Below, one piece after another: positions 9,730-19,494 of a stretch of DNA of 64,000 nt. Made by a program: the position numbers and the translations under genes. Position 1 is the first letter of the stretch. Every line of letters begins with the position of its first letter. Origin of the DNA: a virus (lineage: Duplodnaviria; Heunggongvirae; Uroviricota; Caudoviricetes); IMG/VR virus record IMGVR_UViG_3300046507_000426; one strand, written 5' to 3'. A model generated the notes under the pieces. The model did not search any database. It had not been told where the DNA came from and saw nothing but the letters and a program-made list of their open reading frames with translations.

Positions 9730-10430
9730 TACGCGTTATACCAGTTTAACTACAGCACAACCAAGAACACAGAATGCTCTTAATTGTGCCGTCAGGATTC
9801 GAACCTGAAATACGTCCTGATAATGGAGATAACACAATACTAGCGGTTCAGCATAAACGGAAGACGAACAAGAGGTGCAAGGGAGATGGTCTTTCGACCT
9901 AACAGTTTTCACCAATTGAAGTTTGTAGATAACCCTACGCTTTCGGTTCGTCGTGAAACTTGATACGAGCAAGGATTGTCAAGGAGATGCAGGCTTCACC
10001 CGCGATAGCTTTAGCTCAAGCAGAGTACAACGGTGTTAGACCTAGGTACTATTCCGTTTCCGGAAACTGCGTAGTACGCTTTATTCTAACTTTGGCTTAG
10101 TAGATAACCTTGAACATTCGGCTCGTGAAACTGATATGGGCAAAGGGTTGAAATGGAATTGGAGGCGGCTGTCTTTACCAATTTGACTAAACCCAACTTA
10201 ATGGGTTACAGGACTCGAACCTGTATATCGCTGCTTGGGGTTAACCCATTTCTACGGCCCATGAACTTTAATTCCAAAACAGTCAATACGACTGCTTCAG
10301 GATTAAAGCGGGAAGTGAACAAAAAGCATAACTAGGAGGTTCTTAGCAATAGATAACCTAGTTAAATACGGCTCACTAAATCTATTATACCACTAAAACG
10401 AAATTTATTGAAAGAGCAAGTTTATGAACT
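9730..10430 (-). ncRNA. Cluster of 2-3 paralogous non-coding RNA units with tRNA-like modules (acceptor-like stem plus canonical T-arm, D-arm-like hairpin); candidate Y-RNA-like (Yrl) RNAs
   Basis: Minus-strand T-arms TCAGG-TTCGAAT-CCTGA (plus 9794-9810) closed by ATTGTG/CACAAT, and ACAGG-TTCGAGT-CCTGT (plus 10219-10235) closed by ATGGGTT/AACCCAT, the latter followed by a D-arm-like GTC-AAATTGGTAAA-GAC; conserved box TAGATAACC...(T)TCGG(C/T)TCG/AC...GAAAC at three sites (about 9926, 10101, 10351); no ORFs over about 1.3 kb (9620-10930). Confidence 0.4.
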
Positions 10431-11039
10431 TGGATAAAATGCGAAGTGTTAGTCCGCGAGGCGGTAACCCAAATTCGTCGGCTCTATTAGTTTGAACTCA
10501 TTCTGCTACGAAGACGAAGCTTAAGTACATCCGGATACCCATCTGGGGAGGTGAACCTGGTCTCATCGACGACTCAGAATTTGCCTTTACCCAGCCACAA
10601 GCTGGGTAATGGTTTTGCTTTTCGCTGTGTGTGCGAGAAGCGTAGAGCACTGTTACAGATACTCTCTGTCCCGTTGTTTTCAACCAATAGATGGCCTTCC
10701 ACAATGACAGTTTAATACTTCAAACTTCTGCTTTGGCAGAGCTACGAAAACTCTGCTTTACTGCTAGTGTACCATGACGTACTCATGTTTACTACTATTC
10801 ACATCTCTGGTACCTGGACGGGGGGCCGCCACCGGTGACATCCTCATCTCGGCGAAGACATCTCGTGTCTCCGCTCCAGCTGTAAGCTGGGCGGGAGACA
10901 ACTTGAAGCTTGTTGCAAACTTCTAGTAACGTTGTCGTTACAAAATACTAAGTCATGTAAGCAATTCTGCAAGGTAACCCTGGTTGCTCATTCAGGGCAG
11001 GAGAACGGACCTTACTTCCGCATGCAACTTGTTCTTGTG

Positions 11040-11243
11040 TTACGTCAGAAGGGCTTGACGATCACGATCTGTGAGGTAACACCGAGGAAACTGTATTTCA
11101 GTGATCTCAGGGCTGTCCTTTGTAACCATGTACTTGCCTTGAGAATCTTCGATCAAGGCAAAACCTTCTTCGTACTCTGCAACGCTAATAACTTCGTTCA
11201 TCATGATCGCCTCTGTTGTTCCGAGATTTAACAGAAGGGACAC
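11040..11243 (-). CDS. Hypothetical small protein (67 aa)
   Basis: ORF on the dominant strand; weak. Confidence 0.3.
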   Translation of the reverse strand: MSLLLNLGTTEAIMMNEVISVAEYEEGFALIEDSQGKYMVTKDSPEITEIQFPRCYLTDRDRQALLT

Positions 11244-11286
11244 AGCGTTCAGAGGCTATGCCCCAAGTATACTACACAGCGATTAT

Positions 11287-11550
11287 TTACTCAACTTCGA
11301 GTTCACGTTGCAGAAGATCATCCGGCGTGACATTTGCCACATTAGCAATCTTCACGATTGTAGCAATGTTCGGACGATAGTTACCAGCGAGAGCACCGAG
11401 ACGTGCATATTGTTCAATACGCTTGAGCGTCGACACCGACAGCTTGGTTGCTGCGGCCATGTCAGCAAAACTGATGTTGCTTTCTTGACGAAGAGTGGTT
11501 GCGTTGCGAACGAAAGTACGGGCTGCTGCTTGAAGAGAAATAGTAGACAT
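11287..11550 (-). CDS. XRE-family helix-turn-helix transcriptional regulator
   Basis: 87 aa; ISFADMAAATKLSVSTLKRIE is a typical Cro/CI-type HTH. Confidence 0.6.
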   Translation of the reverse strand: MSTISLQAAARTFVRNATTLRQESNISFADMAAATKLSVSTLKRIEQYARLGALAGNYRPNIATIVKIANVANVTPDDLLQRELEVE

Positions 11551-11629
11551 CTTTGTAGAACCTAAACAAAAGCCGCTAATAGTAGAATGAGAGAGAAGTC
11601 AACGCGGCTATGACTTCCCTCACAATTTG

Positions 11630-11639
11630 CTTATACCAC
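11630..11639 (-). promoter_or_regulatory. TTGGTATAAG-type extended -10 promoter (variant GTGGTATAAG)
   Basis: Plus cttataccac upstream of minus-strand regulator gene. Confidence 0.45.
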
Positions 11640-11659
11640 AAACTACGTAAAAATTGAAA

Positions 11660-11968
11660 CTAGGTCCAGACTGGATCCTTCTGGTCGAACACATGAAAGA
11701 CTAATTCTCCATTTTCCATCTGGAAAGTAGATACATAGCTTCCAACTTCGCTGAAGTCAATTTTATGCCCTGTACCGAAAATGAAAATCTTTCGTTTTAC
11801 CGAAGGGTTATTTACGTTACAGAGCGCCCACAAACAAAGTTGTCCATTCTGCATTTGCGCATCCAGAAGTTGGGCATGCGCAGGGATATCAATTTCCTGT
11901 TCGTCAGTTATTTCCAATGGAAATTTCCAAACAGTGTAACCGTATTGCTTTTTAATTTCTTCACTCAT
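11660..11968 (-). CDS. Hypothetical protein (102 aa)
   Basis: ORF. Confidence 0.4.
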   Translation of the reverse strand: MSEEIKKQYGYTVWKFPLEITDEQEIDIPAHAQLLDAQMQNGQLCLWALCNVNNPSVKRKIFIFGTGHKIDFSEVGSYVSTFQMENGELVFHVFDQKDPVWT

Positions 11969-12267
11969 TCCGGCCTTCTATTCCATTTTTCGTATTTAAT
12001 TGCTACTGTATTCATTCCACAATTTTTGTCCAGGCATTTTACAAATCCATATCTAAATACCGTATTGTTTTGAACATACATATTAATAAGGTGGCCTTTA
12101 CCGCCGCAGAAGGGACAATCCTTTACAGGCTTCTGACTTTCTTTCTTAAGCCACTCTTCAGGAGATCTATTCTTGAAACGTTCAACGGCTTCATTGAAAA
12201 TCTCCTTCATATCCCTCAGTCTTTCACCGCTCTCAGTGGCACTTTCCAAAGGCTTAAGTTCAGTCAT
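11965..12267 (-). CDS. Zn-ribbon protein (Lar-like restriction-alleviation fold possible)
   Basis: 100 aa; CPFCGGKGH...C..NC Cys cluster. Confidence 0.35.
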   Translation of the reverse strand: MTELKPLESATESGERLRDMKEIFNEAVERFKNRSPEEWLKKESQKPVKDCPFCGGKGHLINMYVQNNTVFRYGFVKCLDKNCGMNTVAIKYEKWNRRPE

Positions 12268-12488
12268 AACAATGTAATCCTTCCCGTTACTGTTTTAGGG
12301 AACATCACTGCGCTTGACACAGGTAGAGGTACAGTGTCTCTTGATCGAATAACTTGACCATTGACACGTAATGCGCCTTGGTCAAGCAATCGTCTGAGTT
12401 CACTGTTTGAACATGGCCCCGGTTTACGCTCAGTGCTACGAAACTGACAAACCTCATTGAGATTCATAATGTATTCAAGGCCAGTCAT
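12264..12488 (-). CDS. S4-domain RNA-binding protein (Hsp15/RqcP-like)
   Basis: 74 aa; SELRRLLDQGALRVNGQVIRSRDTV matches the S4 domain alpha-L RNA-binding motif. Confidence 0.5.
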   Translation of the reverse strand: MTGLEYIMNLNEVCQFRSTERKPGPCSNSELRRLLDQGALRVNGQVIRSRDTVPLPVSSAVMFPKTVTGRITLL

Positions 12489-12489
12489 G

Positions 12490-12777
12490 TTAACTCTTTT
12501 TAAAGAACTTATCTGCGTAACTATCTGGAAGAGGCCGCGCTATACCTAGAGATTCATAGGTAGCATCATCCGGGACAGATAGCGTGGTGTAATGAAAACC
12601 ATCTCCATCGCAACCAATACCGTTTTCACTATCCATCAAATGCTTGCTATAGGCTTTTGCAAGTTTAGCAATAAGGAGGTAATTGAAAGTAAACTTAGGA
12701 TAGTAACTTCCATCGCCCCCATCATCAACAAGAACGTACAGGCTTTTAGACATGTTGTGCAAGATACTCGTCTGCAA
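12490..12777 (-). CDS. Hypothetical protein (95 aa)
   Basis: ORF. Confidence 0.4.
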   Translation of the reverse strand: MQTSILHNMSKSLYVLVDDGGDGSYYPKFTFNYLLIAKLAKAYSKHLMDSENGIGCDGDGFHYTTLSVPDDATYESLGIARPLPDSYADKFFKKS

Positions 12778-13174
12778 GTCTCTTCAACGTTTTACCGTCG
12801 TACTTACCTGCAAAGTTAAGTTTGAATACGGCCATAATGGCACCGAGCTTATCAATTCCCATATTCTCAATGAGAGTCTTGATTTCCAGCTCAGACAACT
12901 GCGTCGGCATAAACTTCTGCAGCATGTCACGTTCAAGAACCAGCGCGGCTTTCTTGAAGTCGTCCGTTTCCAGCTTGAGCATTTCTGCAAGACCTTCAAG
13001 GCCTTTCTTGATCACGGACAGGACTTCTTCGTCAGTCGGATCACGATTCTCTTTCTTCGTAGCGAGCTGCTTCGCTTCGCCGAGAATGGTGCCAAGCTTA
13101 GTCGAAGTGAAGGTGTCTTTAGCCTTCATTGCTTCGATACGTACTTCTTGCAGATGTTTATACAATGTAGTCAT
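12746..13174 (-). CDS. GatB/YqeY-domain protein
   Basis: 142 aa; the helical, Lys/Glu-rich composition and length fit the GatB_YqeY family. Confidence 0.55.
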   Translation of the reverse strand: MTTLYKHLQEVRIEAMKAKDTFTSTKLGTILGEAKQLATKKENRDPTDEEVLSVIKKGLEGLAEMLKLETDDFKKAALVLERDMLQKFMPTQLSELEIKTLIENMGIDKLGAIMAVFKLNFAGKYDGKTLKRLADEYLAQHV

Positions 13175-13175
13175 T

Positions 13176-13457
13176 TCAAAACCCGTAGCCCTTGAACTCT
13201 TTCTTCAGACGAAAAAATACAACGAAGATACCTTTGACGTCAACGCCGGTTTCTCCTTTGTTCCAGAGTTCATTTTTAATTACATGGAACGTTTGACCTT
13301 CGTACTCAGCAGTCATAAACGGAACGACATAGGGGTGTACCCCCATAGAGAGTTTCACCACGTCCACATCAGGACGGAAGATGTAGTACTCATATTGGTC
13401 GTCACTACCCAGATTCAGAGTAGGTTCAATTTTTTCGAAGCTATCACCATCATGCAT
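13176..13457 (-). CDS. Hypothetical protein (93 aa)
   Basis: ORF. Confidence 0.4.
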   Translation of the reverse strand: MHDGDSFEKIEPTLNLGSDDQYEYYIFRPDVDVVKLSMGVHPYVVPFMTAEYEGQTFHVIKNELWNKGETGVDVKGIFVVFFRLKKEFKGYGF

Positions 13458-13594
13458 TTTTAGATTCCTTTTTAAATGCGTTGTTTTGAAAGGCTTTCAT
13501 TCTATCTTTGTGAGCCTGTTTTTTCAAGCGTTTACTTACGCCACCCATACGTTCGAAGTCACTGCGGACTTGGGAAATGGTTTTAGCTATTGCT

Positions 13595-13852
13595 TCACTT
13601 ACGTTGTTTCTTTCTATTTTGTTCATCTACCCGTTCTCTAATTGATGCACCTATCCAAATTGGAAATTGCAACGTAAACCCAAGTATAAAATATGCTATG
13701 ACTAAAGGCCAGACTACTGAAGCTAATGCGCATACTCCAATGTCTGTTTCGTCCACATATCCTTCATAATCGTATCCGAAAAATCCCAATATAAGCACGA
13801 AGAATACAAATCCTATTACAGAGTACGTAATCCAGAAGACCATTTTTATCAC
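13595..13852 (-). CDS. Small membrane protein (2 TM)
   Basis: Hydrophobic helices VFWITYSVIGFVFFVLILGFF and ALASVVWPLVIAYFILGF. Confidence 0.35.
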   Translation of the reverse strand: MIKMVFWITYSVIGFVFFVLILGFFGYDYEGYVDETDIGVCALASVVWPLVIAYFILGFTLQFPIWIGASIRERVDEQNRKKQRK

Positions 13853-13892
13853 CTAAAGAAAAAGGGCCTATGAAAGCGCCCTTTGAACTACG

Positions 13893-14126
13893 TTAAAGTC
13901 CTAGCAAAGCTAGAAGTGCTGTGCCTGGAATTACCAACGGCCAGAAGACAGTAGCAGTTAGACACTGACCTATTTCCGTCAACTCAATTTCTCTCCAGGT
14001 TATTTCCCTATGGAATGACTCAGAGATTCCAGACCCAACCATAACGCCGCTTACGAATATGAAACCAACGACGTATATGATTAGAAGGATATGGCCCCAG
14101 CTCATTTCAGATCGTACCAAGCCCAC
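13893..14126 (-). CDS. Small membrane protein (2 TM), holin-like topology
   Basis: ILLIIYVVGFIFVSGVMVG and ATVFWPLVIPGTALLALLGL. Confidence 0.3.
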   Translation of the reverse strand: MGLVRSEMSWGHILLIIYVVGFIFVSGVMVGSGISESFHREITWREIELTEIGQCLTATVFWPLVIPGTALLALLGL

Positions 14127-15028
14127 TTGCCCTGATCCTTGGCATCAACCGATTGCCATGCTGGGCTCGTATTTGTGGTCTCTTGCAAGTCGTCGATGTT
14201 CTTCAGGAAGCATGCACGCAGCGCAGTCAAAGCCGACACGAAGCGTGCAGACTTGTATTCACGAGTCACGAACAACGACCGGATCGAAACCGTCGGCACA
14301 CCCGCCGCGTTCAGGTTACGATACGACAGACGCGCAGGTTGATATACCGCCTTCAGCTTGTCCTGGATCGCAGGTTGAATAGGCAAGAGCCTGTATGTGC
14401 TAGGCAACGCTGCAACTTCTGCCATCGGTTCACCGCCAACGATAACCACACCGTCGACCTGACCCGCGCTCAAAGCTTCGAGCGCAGCCTTGTTCGAAGG
14501 AAACTCCGTCACATTGTAACCAATACCCGACTGGGCTTTGATCACTTTCGCAGTGAGAACCGAACCACCGGCAGCGCCGACGCTACGACCATTCAGATCC
14601 GAAATCGTGTTGAAGTGAATGGTCTTGGCACCGAAGCCTAGAACACCACCTTCCTTCACGCCTTCAGCACGTGCGATCAGGTGAACCTGTTCCGAGTGAA
14701 GCGAGAACAGAGTCTTGACCTTGCTGAGATCTTCGGTCTTGCTACGCAGGATCAGCACGTCGGTCTGAACGAATGCGCCATTGACCTGATTGGCCACCAT
14801 CTTGTCGACGTTTTCGTTCGACCCCGACGACGGTACTTCCTTGATGTCAATACCGCTTCCGGTATCGACACCGCAACGCGCATTCAACTCCCTGAACATC
14901 GCGTGATACGTACCTGCAGGCCCGCCAGTTGCTACGGCGAGAGATTGAGCGTGAGCAGCGTGACACACGAGAAATGTGAGCAACGCTGTGAGAATGATCA
15001 AAGGGATACGGGGAACGCGGGACCAAAT
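14102..15028 (-). CDS. Secreted periplasmic substrate-binding-like protein (TAXI/PhnD-type solute-binding fold)
   Basis: Signal peptide MIWSRVPRIPLIILTALLTFLVCHAAHA from internal ATG; mature region resembles phosphonate/TRAP-TAXI solute-binding proteins; assignment from memory. Confidence 0.4.
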   Translation of the reverse strand: MWSRVPRIPLIILTALLTFLVCHAAHAQSLAVATGGPAGTYHAMFRELNARCGVDTGSGIDIKEVPSSGSNENVDKMVANQVNGAFVQTDVLILRSKTEDLSKVKTLFSLHSEQVHLIARAEGVKEGGVLGFGAKTIHFNTISDLNGRSVGAAGGSVLTAKVIKAQSGIGYNVTEFPSNKAALEALSAGQVDGVVIVGGEPMAEVAALPSTYRLLPIQPAIQDKLKAVYQPARLSYRNLNAAGVPTVSIRSLFVTREYKSARFVSALTALRACFLKNIDDLQETTNTSPAWQSVDAKDQGKWAWYDLK

Positions 15029-15834
15029 CATGACTTCTCCTGGGTATTGGAAAGAAAGAGGATGCAGAAAACTTCGGTGTAGCCGAACACACAAACTACG
15101 GCAAGCAGAATTGCCGCTGCGTCAAGCAGCAGATTTGTAATGTCCACTTAGTTCACCTTCAGGTCTTTGAGATTGTTATCGTCCGAGGACGGGGCCGCAG
15201 CCGGAGCCGAGGGCTGGGATACGCCTGTGGAGTCATCAGAGCCCACAGAAGCGGTCGACGTGGTGTGGTCAAAGGCGAAGTAGCCACCCACGCACACCAG
15301 GACCACCAAGAGGCTGGCAATCAGTCTATACACAGTTAGTGTACTCCGAAGAAAGTTCAAGTTTAATTACAGGCTCGTGAAGCCGAGAGCCGTGCATCGG
15401 ATCAATCCAGCAGTACTGCGGAGCAATATCGTGTTCACCATGCCAGATACGCCCTGACTGATGTTCCAATCTTTGACCACAATGACTACAGTAAACATCG
15501 ATAACAGGCACGTTTACCCTCGGTTGAGATGAGACAGTAGAATATCCGCTGAGGTTTCATCCTGAATCGTAACGAGGTAATCACCGTCAGGATCCAGAAT
15601 ATCCCAAGTACCAGTGCCGTCAGGTTGTTTCGTGTACATTAAAAACTCCAGGTATGGATTTCTTTACCGCACTGACCGCAGTTGAACCCATCGTAGCCTT
15701 CACTACAGCCACTCATATCTTTTCCACGATACAGCTCCCGGACTTCGTCGGGCAGATACTCGTTGATGGCTCCGCAGTGAGAGCACGTAACGCGCTTAGC
15801 TACGGAAGTGTCTTGGCCAACTACTTTAGGCATG

Positions 15835-16617
15835 TCAACCTACCTTTGCGACGACCGGACTATGTGCGTCGACAGTATCGAAGTTTGCGACCGGAGTAGG
15901 GTTATTGGAAATTGCCGTTCCCGGCGTAACCGAGAAGTTGACTTCTTCCAGCAGTGACGTTTCCAGTTGAGCCATTGCACTATTCATGCGGCGGCTTACT
16001 TCATCGATGGCAGTCTTCGACTTCAACTCTTCCATCAACTTGTCGGAGTCCATCTGCGCCATCTTGTTAAGAGCTGCCATTTCCACGGCCATCTCATTCA
16101 CAGCACGACACTTCTCGATTTCCAACAGATAAGCTTCCAACGCCCCCTTGGCGACTTTGTAGTCACTGGTCCACTTGGCCAACACTTTTTGAGCGTTGGT
16201 AACGGCCTGGTCGAACATTGCCGCATCGTTGGGCCATTGCTTCTTGAAGCCAACGACCTTGTCTGCGAAGTTTTTGACACTCGCAGAGAGATCGCCGATT
16301 CGCTGAAGGGCTTCCTTCAATCGGTCAGCCCGGTCATTTGCAACATTGACCATCGTCTCGATGGGGTTCGTCTTGGCTTCCTGGACGATCTCTTTGACCT
16401 TCCAGTTCGCAAGTTTCATCGAAATGACGGGCGCACCGTTAACAATCGCCAGACTCACGAGTCCAGCAATAGCGATGCCAATTAGTCCTTTGACTAAAAG
16501 CATGATAGCAGGTGCGAGGAATGCAATCGCTATAGCTCCGATTGCGATCTTAATGATCCCAGCGAACTTCTTGCGTTTCAAATCAGTGTCATTCATGGTC
16601 TCTCCTTGTGTAGGCAT
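15835..16617 (-). CDS. Membrane-anchored coiled-coil protein (260 aa)
   Basis: N-terminal TM helices (IKIAIGAIAIAFLAPAIMLLVKGLIGIAIAGLVSLAIV) followed by a long helical region. Confidence 0.45.
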   Translation of the reverse strand: MPTQGETMNDTDLKRKKFAGIIKIAIGAIAIAFLAPAIMLLVKGLIGIAIAGLVSLAIVNGAPVISMKLANWKVKEIVQEAKTNPIETMVNVANDRADRLKEALQRIGDLSASVKNFADKVVGFKKQWPNDAAMFDQAVTNAQKVLAKWTSDYKVAKGALEAYLLEIEKCRAVNEMAVEMAALNKMAQMDSDKLMEELKSKTAIDEVSRRMNSAMAQLETSLLEEVNFSVTPGTAISNNPTPVANFDTVDAHSPVVAKVG

Positions 16618-16641
16618 AAAAGTATTGTTACTACCAATACT

Positions 16642-16651
16642 CTTATACCAA
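16642..16651 (-). promoter_or_regulatory. TTGGTATAAG extended -10 promoter
   Basis: Plus cttataccaa upstream of 15835..16617. Confidence 0.45.
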
Positions 16652-16811
16652 AACAGCTTTCGTTACTTGAACTTCGATACAGCGCCAAGGGTGCAAAGAA
16701 GACTCGTAAAAGCTTCTGCAATCGCAAGTCCGGTATATTCGCTGTGAACTGCAATAACAAACAGGATTATGTTAATCACAGCCAATACTGCAAATAGGCG
16801 GTTAGCGAAAC

Positions 16812-17435
16812 TCATTCCTGTTCTCCATAAACAACTACGCGGATAGCCTCACGCAGTTTAGGCCATTCATTCCACGTAAAACCCAATTCCGGGTTTTGCT
16901 TCTTTAATTGCCCACCCTTGTTATAGGGCTGTGCGTAATGCAGGTGATCCCATACCGGTTTACGTGAACCTTTGATCGCTGGTTTATCATCGATCAGAAG
17001 GTCGCCGATAACCATCGTCTTGTCCTTCGTGATGATCGTGTTCTTGACCCAGAAAGGTCCGAAGTGAAGATTGGTCCACTGGACCTTTTCTGAATGGCAC
17101 ATCAAGTCTTCGTACTCGACTTCTGGCGAAGTACAGAAGAAAGGATTGATGAAGTCCAGGCAGTTTTCCTCAATGTCTTTCAGGGCTTCTTTCGCCCCCT
17201 CCATCACCGGCAGGAACGTGTAGAAACCTTTCTGACGGGCAATTGCCACAACGTCATCACGGTGTTCTTCCGGATACAGTTCTTCGACGTAGAACTTGGT
17301 CACATCTTCAGGTTTGACATATGGACGATCTGGATACTGCGCCTGATATAATGTCAGAAGACCCGGATACCACTTTGCTACAACCCCATCCATGTCGATG
17401 AGTAGGTCAAATTTTTCAATGAGAGCGTCAGCCAT
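16812..17435 (-). CDS. 5'(3')-deoxyribonucleotidase (HAD superfamily, NT5C-like; dmp-like)
   Basis: 207 aa; N-terminal LLIDMDGVVA carries the DxDG(V/T) HAD nucleophile motif; resembles NT5C-type deoxyribonucleotidases. Confidence 0.6.
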   Translation of the reverse strand: MADALIEKFDLLIDMDGVVAKWYPGLLTLYQAQYPDRPYVKPEDVTKFYVEELYPEEHRDDVVAIARQKGFYTFLPVMEGAKEALKDIEENCLDFINPFFCTSPEVEYEDLMCHSEKVQWTNLHFGPFWVKNTIITKDKTMVIGDLLIDDKPAIKGSRKPVWDHLHYAQPYNKGGQLKKQNPELGFTWNEWPKLREAIRVVVYGEQE

Positions 17436-17620
17436 TACGAATTCCAGTTTTTGGTGTGGTCAGCGAAAATGAAAGCATCGGATGTAAGGAAAATACAATC
17501 GATAATAAACCAGGTCCAGTTATGTGTCGAAAGGTCGTAGCCGACAAGCATCGCAAAAATAAGCATCGTTGCCAGGAAGATAAAGCGATTGCTGAAGAAG
17601 GCTTTTAGTTTTTGTTTCAT
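17435..17620 (-). CDS. Small membrane protein
   Basis: 61 aa, hydrophobic. Confidence 0.3.
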   Translation of the reverse strand: MKQKLKAFFSNRFIFLATMLIFAMLVGYDLSTHNWTWFIIDCIFLTSDAFIFADHTKNWNS

Positions 17621-17880
17621 TTCTTAATCCATCTATAGTAAATAATCAGCCAGGCCCACAGAATGTTGGCAGCGGCCATAAAAAGTCCACCTCGGAAGCT
17701 CCAGTACAATCCATGACTTGGAAAGAAGTAAACGTTCCAGAGTCCCCAGGTAAAGAAAAACAGTGTAGCAAGAAGGCTTACTGCACGAGAGTCCTTGGCA
17801 TTATACATCGCCTTGCAGTGCCCGAGGATAAAGAAAGAGCCTGCGAATTCCAGCAAGCCATTGATCATATCGCTATTCAA
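17617..17880 (-). CDS. Small membrane protein
   Basis: 87 aa, several hydrophobic helices. Confidence 0.3.
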   Translation of the reverse strand: MNSDMINGLLEFAGSFFILGHCKAMYNAKDSRAVSLLATLFFFTWGLWNVYFFPSHGLYWSFRGGLFMAAANILWAWLIIYYRWIKK

Positions 17881-17921
17881 ATTTTCTCCAAACTAAAAGA
17901 GAAGCCGAAGCTTCTCTCTTT

Positions 17922-18122
17922 TTACTTCCTATCCTGCCAAGCTTTGAAAGGGGCTTGACAGTGACAGTGCCTGCATTTGACAAAGTCTTTAATAGGGTTG
18001 TTAGTGTCCATGCAGACTTGCACTTGATCTGACTTACAGAGAGGACACGGTAAGGGTGAAATTTTTGGGCGTACTTTCAAATCTATTGCAACATTGATTT
18101 TGTCCCAATTTACTTCAGACAT
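17922..18122 (-). CDS. Small Zn-ribbon protein
   Basis: CPLC...C..CHC motifs. Confidence 0.3.
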   Translation of the reverse strand: MSEVNWDKINVAIDLKVRPKISPLPCPLCKSDQVQVCMDTNNPIKDFVKCRHCHCQAPFKAWQDRK

Positions 18123-18485
18123 TCAAGCCTCGACGATAATGCCGCCCCACGAATGATGATGATACAGTTCGTCAGGCATAATCCGTTTGTTGAAATGATG
18201 CGGCATCCAACCCGATTCGTCTGCCTTACGCCAGAAGAGACGCAAAGCAACGGCCCTCGGAATACCCGCCATACCAGTTTTGTACATCAAACTCCATGTG
18301 GAGAATGTACCGTCGACTATCTGAAATGCAATACGATAATCAACGTTGAACTGTTCGTAAAGTTCAGTTGCTACTTCGTCTTTCCACACGAAGACCCGGT
18401 CCTTTTCCTTCGAGATAGAAAACAAAGCGGCGATTACAACGCCAACTGCTACCCAGAGAATTACCCACAAAGCGATGGTCAACAT
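18123..18485 (-). CDS. Hypothetical membrane-anchored protein (120 aa)
   Basis: N-terminal TM helix. Confidence 0.35.
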   Translation of the reverse strand: MLTIALWVILWVAVGVVIAALFSISKEKDRVFVWKDEVATELYEQFNVDYRIAFQIVDGTFSTWSLMYKTGMAGIPRAVALRLFWRKADESGWMPHHFNKRIMPDELYHHHSWGGIIVEA

Positions 18486-18570
18486 GATTCTTATAAGTCC
18501 TTGACGTTAGTATAGAAAAAGTAAACTACTCTACTCCAAAACTCTTATACCAAAAATACTTCAGAAAAGT

Positions 18571-18602
18571 AAAAAAAGCCGAGTCGTAAAACCCGGCTTC
18601 TA
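18571..18602 (-). terminator. Rho-independent terminator
   Basis: Minus strand reads GAAGCCGGGttttacgaCTCGGCTTttttttt; paralogue of the 6832 terminator. Confidence 0.55.
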
Positions 18603-18748
18603 ATTACCACACTAGAAAAACGTCCACCGTATTCGTACAAAGCGCATCAGGTTCGAATAGACCATAGTTGGTCTTTTCCGCTTTTCTAATCTCCATCTCT
18701 GCAATCAGGTACTGATGGTCACTGCCACCTATCACGATTTCGGCGTCA

Positions 18749-19243
18749 TCACTTACCGTTTCCAGCATCTTTTTCAGATCCTTGACTTTCACCTTTAATC
18801 CCCATCTGGTTTTTCACAGCATCCACAACGCGTTTCTCAACATCCAACTGAGCCTTGGCTACAGCTTCCTTACCGAGAATGGTGTCGAGACTACCCTCAA
18901 GCACGGCTACAGACTTTGAAGCAATCCGTTGACCGGCATCGCTCTGTGCTGCGGCTACCACCGCTCCACCGGCTACGATAAACGCAGCTTCTTCCTTGGT
19001 TGGGGTGAAGGTGTAAAGCAAACTTGCAATCAACCAAGGAATGCCGAAGGTTAGGTACGTACGTTTAAGCCATTTATAAACATGCGCACTTTTCTCACCA
19101 TCCCTCACGTCAATACAAGTGACGATAGAGAGGAAAGTACCTATACCTAAAGCACCCATAAGGACACCCCAAACGGTACCAGCACCATCATGGATATTGA
19201 TGAAGCGGGTCAACCAATATAGTTCCCACATAGCGTGATTCAT
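18749..19243 (-). CDS. Membrane protein (164 aa)
   Basis: Multiple TM helices. Confidence 0.4.
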   Translation of the reverse strand: MNHAMWELYWLTRFINIHDGAGTVWGVLMGALGIGTFLSIVTCIDVRDGEKSAHVYKWLKRTYLTFGIPWLIASLLYTFTPTKEEAAFIVAGGAVVAAAQSDAGQRIASKSVAVLEGSLDTILGKEAVAKAQLDVEKRVVDAVKNQMGIKGESQGSEKDAGNGK

Positions 19244-19494
19244 TATGCCGTCTCCAGTTTCTTGCCAAGTTGGTAAAGGGTATTACGAGTCTGAAGCGAG
19301 GTTTCGTCATCAGCCAGGTTCTTCACAGCGGACGTGTAAATATGCGTACCATCCGGCCAACGCTTGTCGTTGTAGATGTCACCCTCTGCAACTAACACTT
19401 CAGATTGTGAGCCTGGAAAATACGGATAAACTTCCCAGTTCTCAAGGCGGGGGAACGTACCATCACGTGCAGTAGTCAATTCTTTTTTCTCCAA
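19243..19494 (-). CDS. Hypothetical protein (83 aa)
   Basis: ORF. Confidence 0.35.
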   Translation of the reverse strand: MEKKELTTARDGTFPRLENWEVYPYFPGSQSEVLVAEGDIYNDKRWPDGTHIYTSAVKNLADDETSLQTRNTLYQLGKKLETA

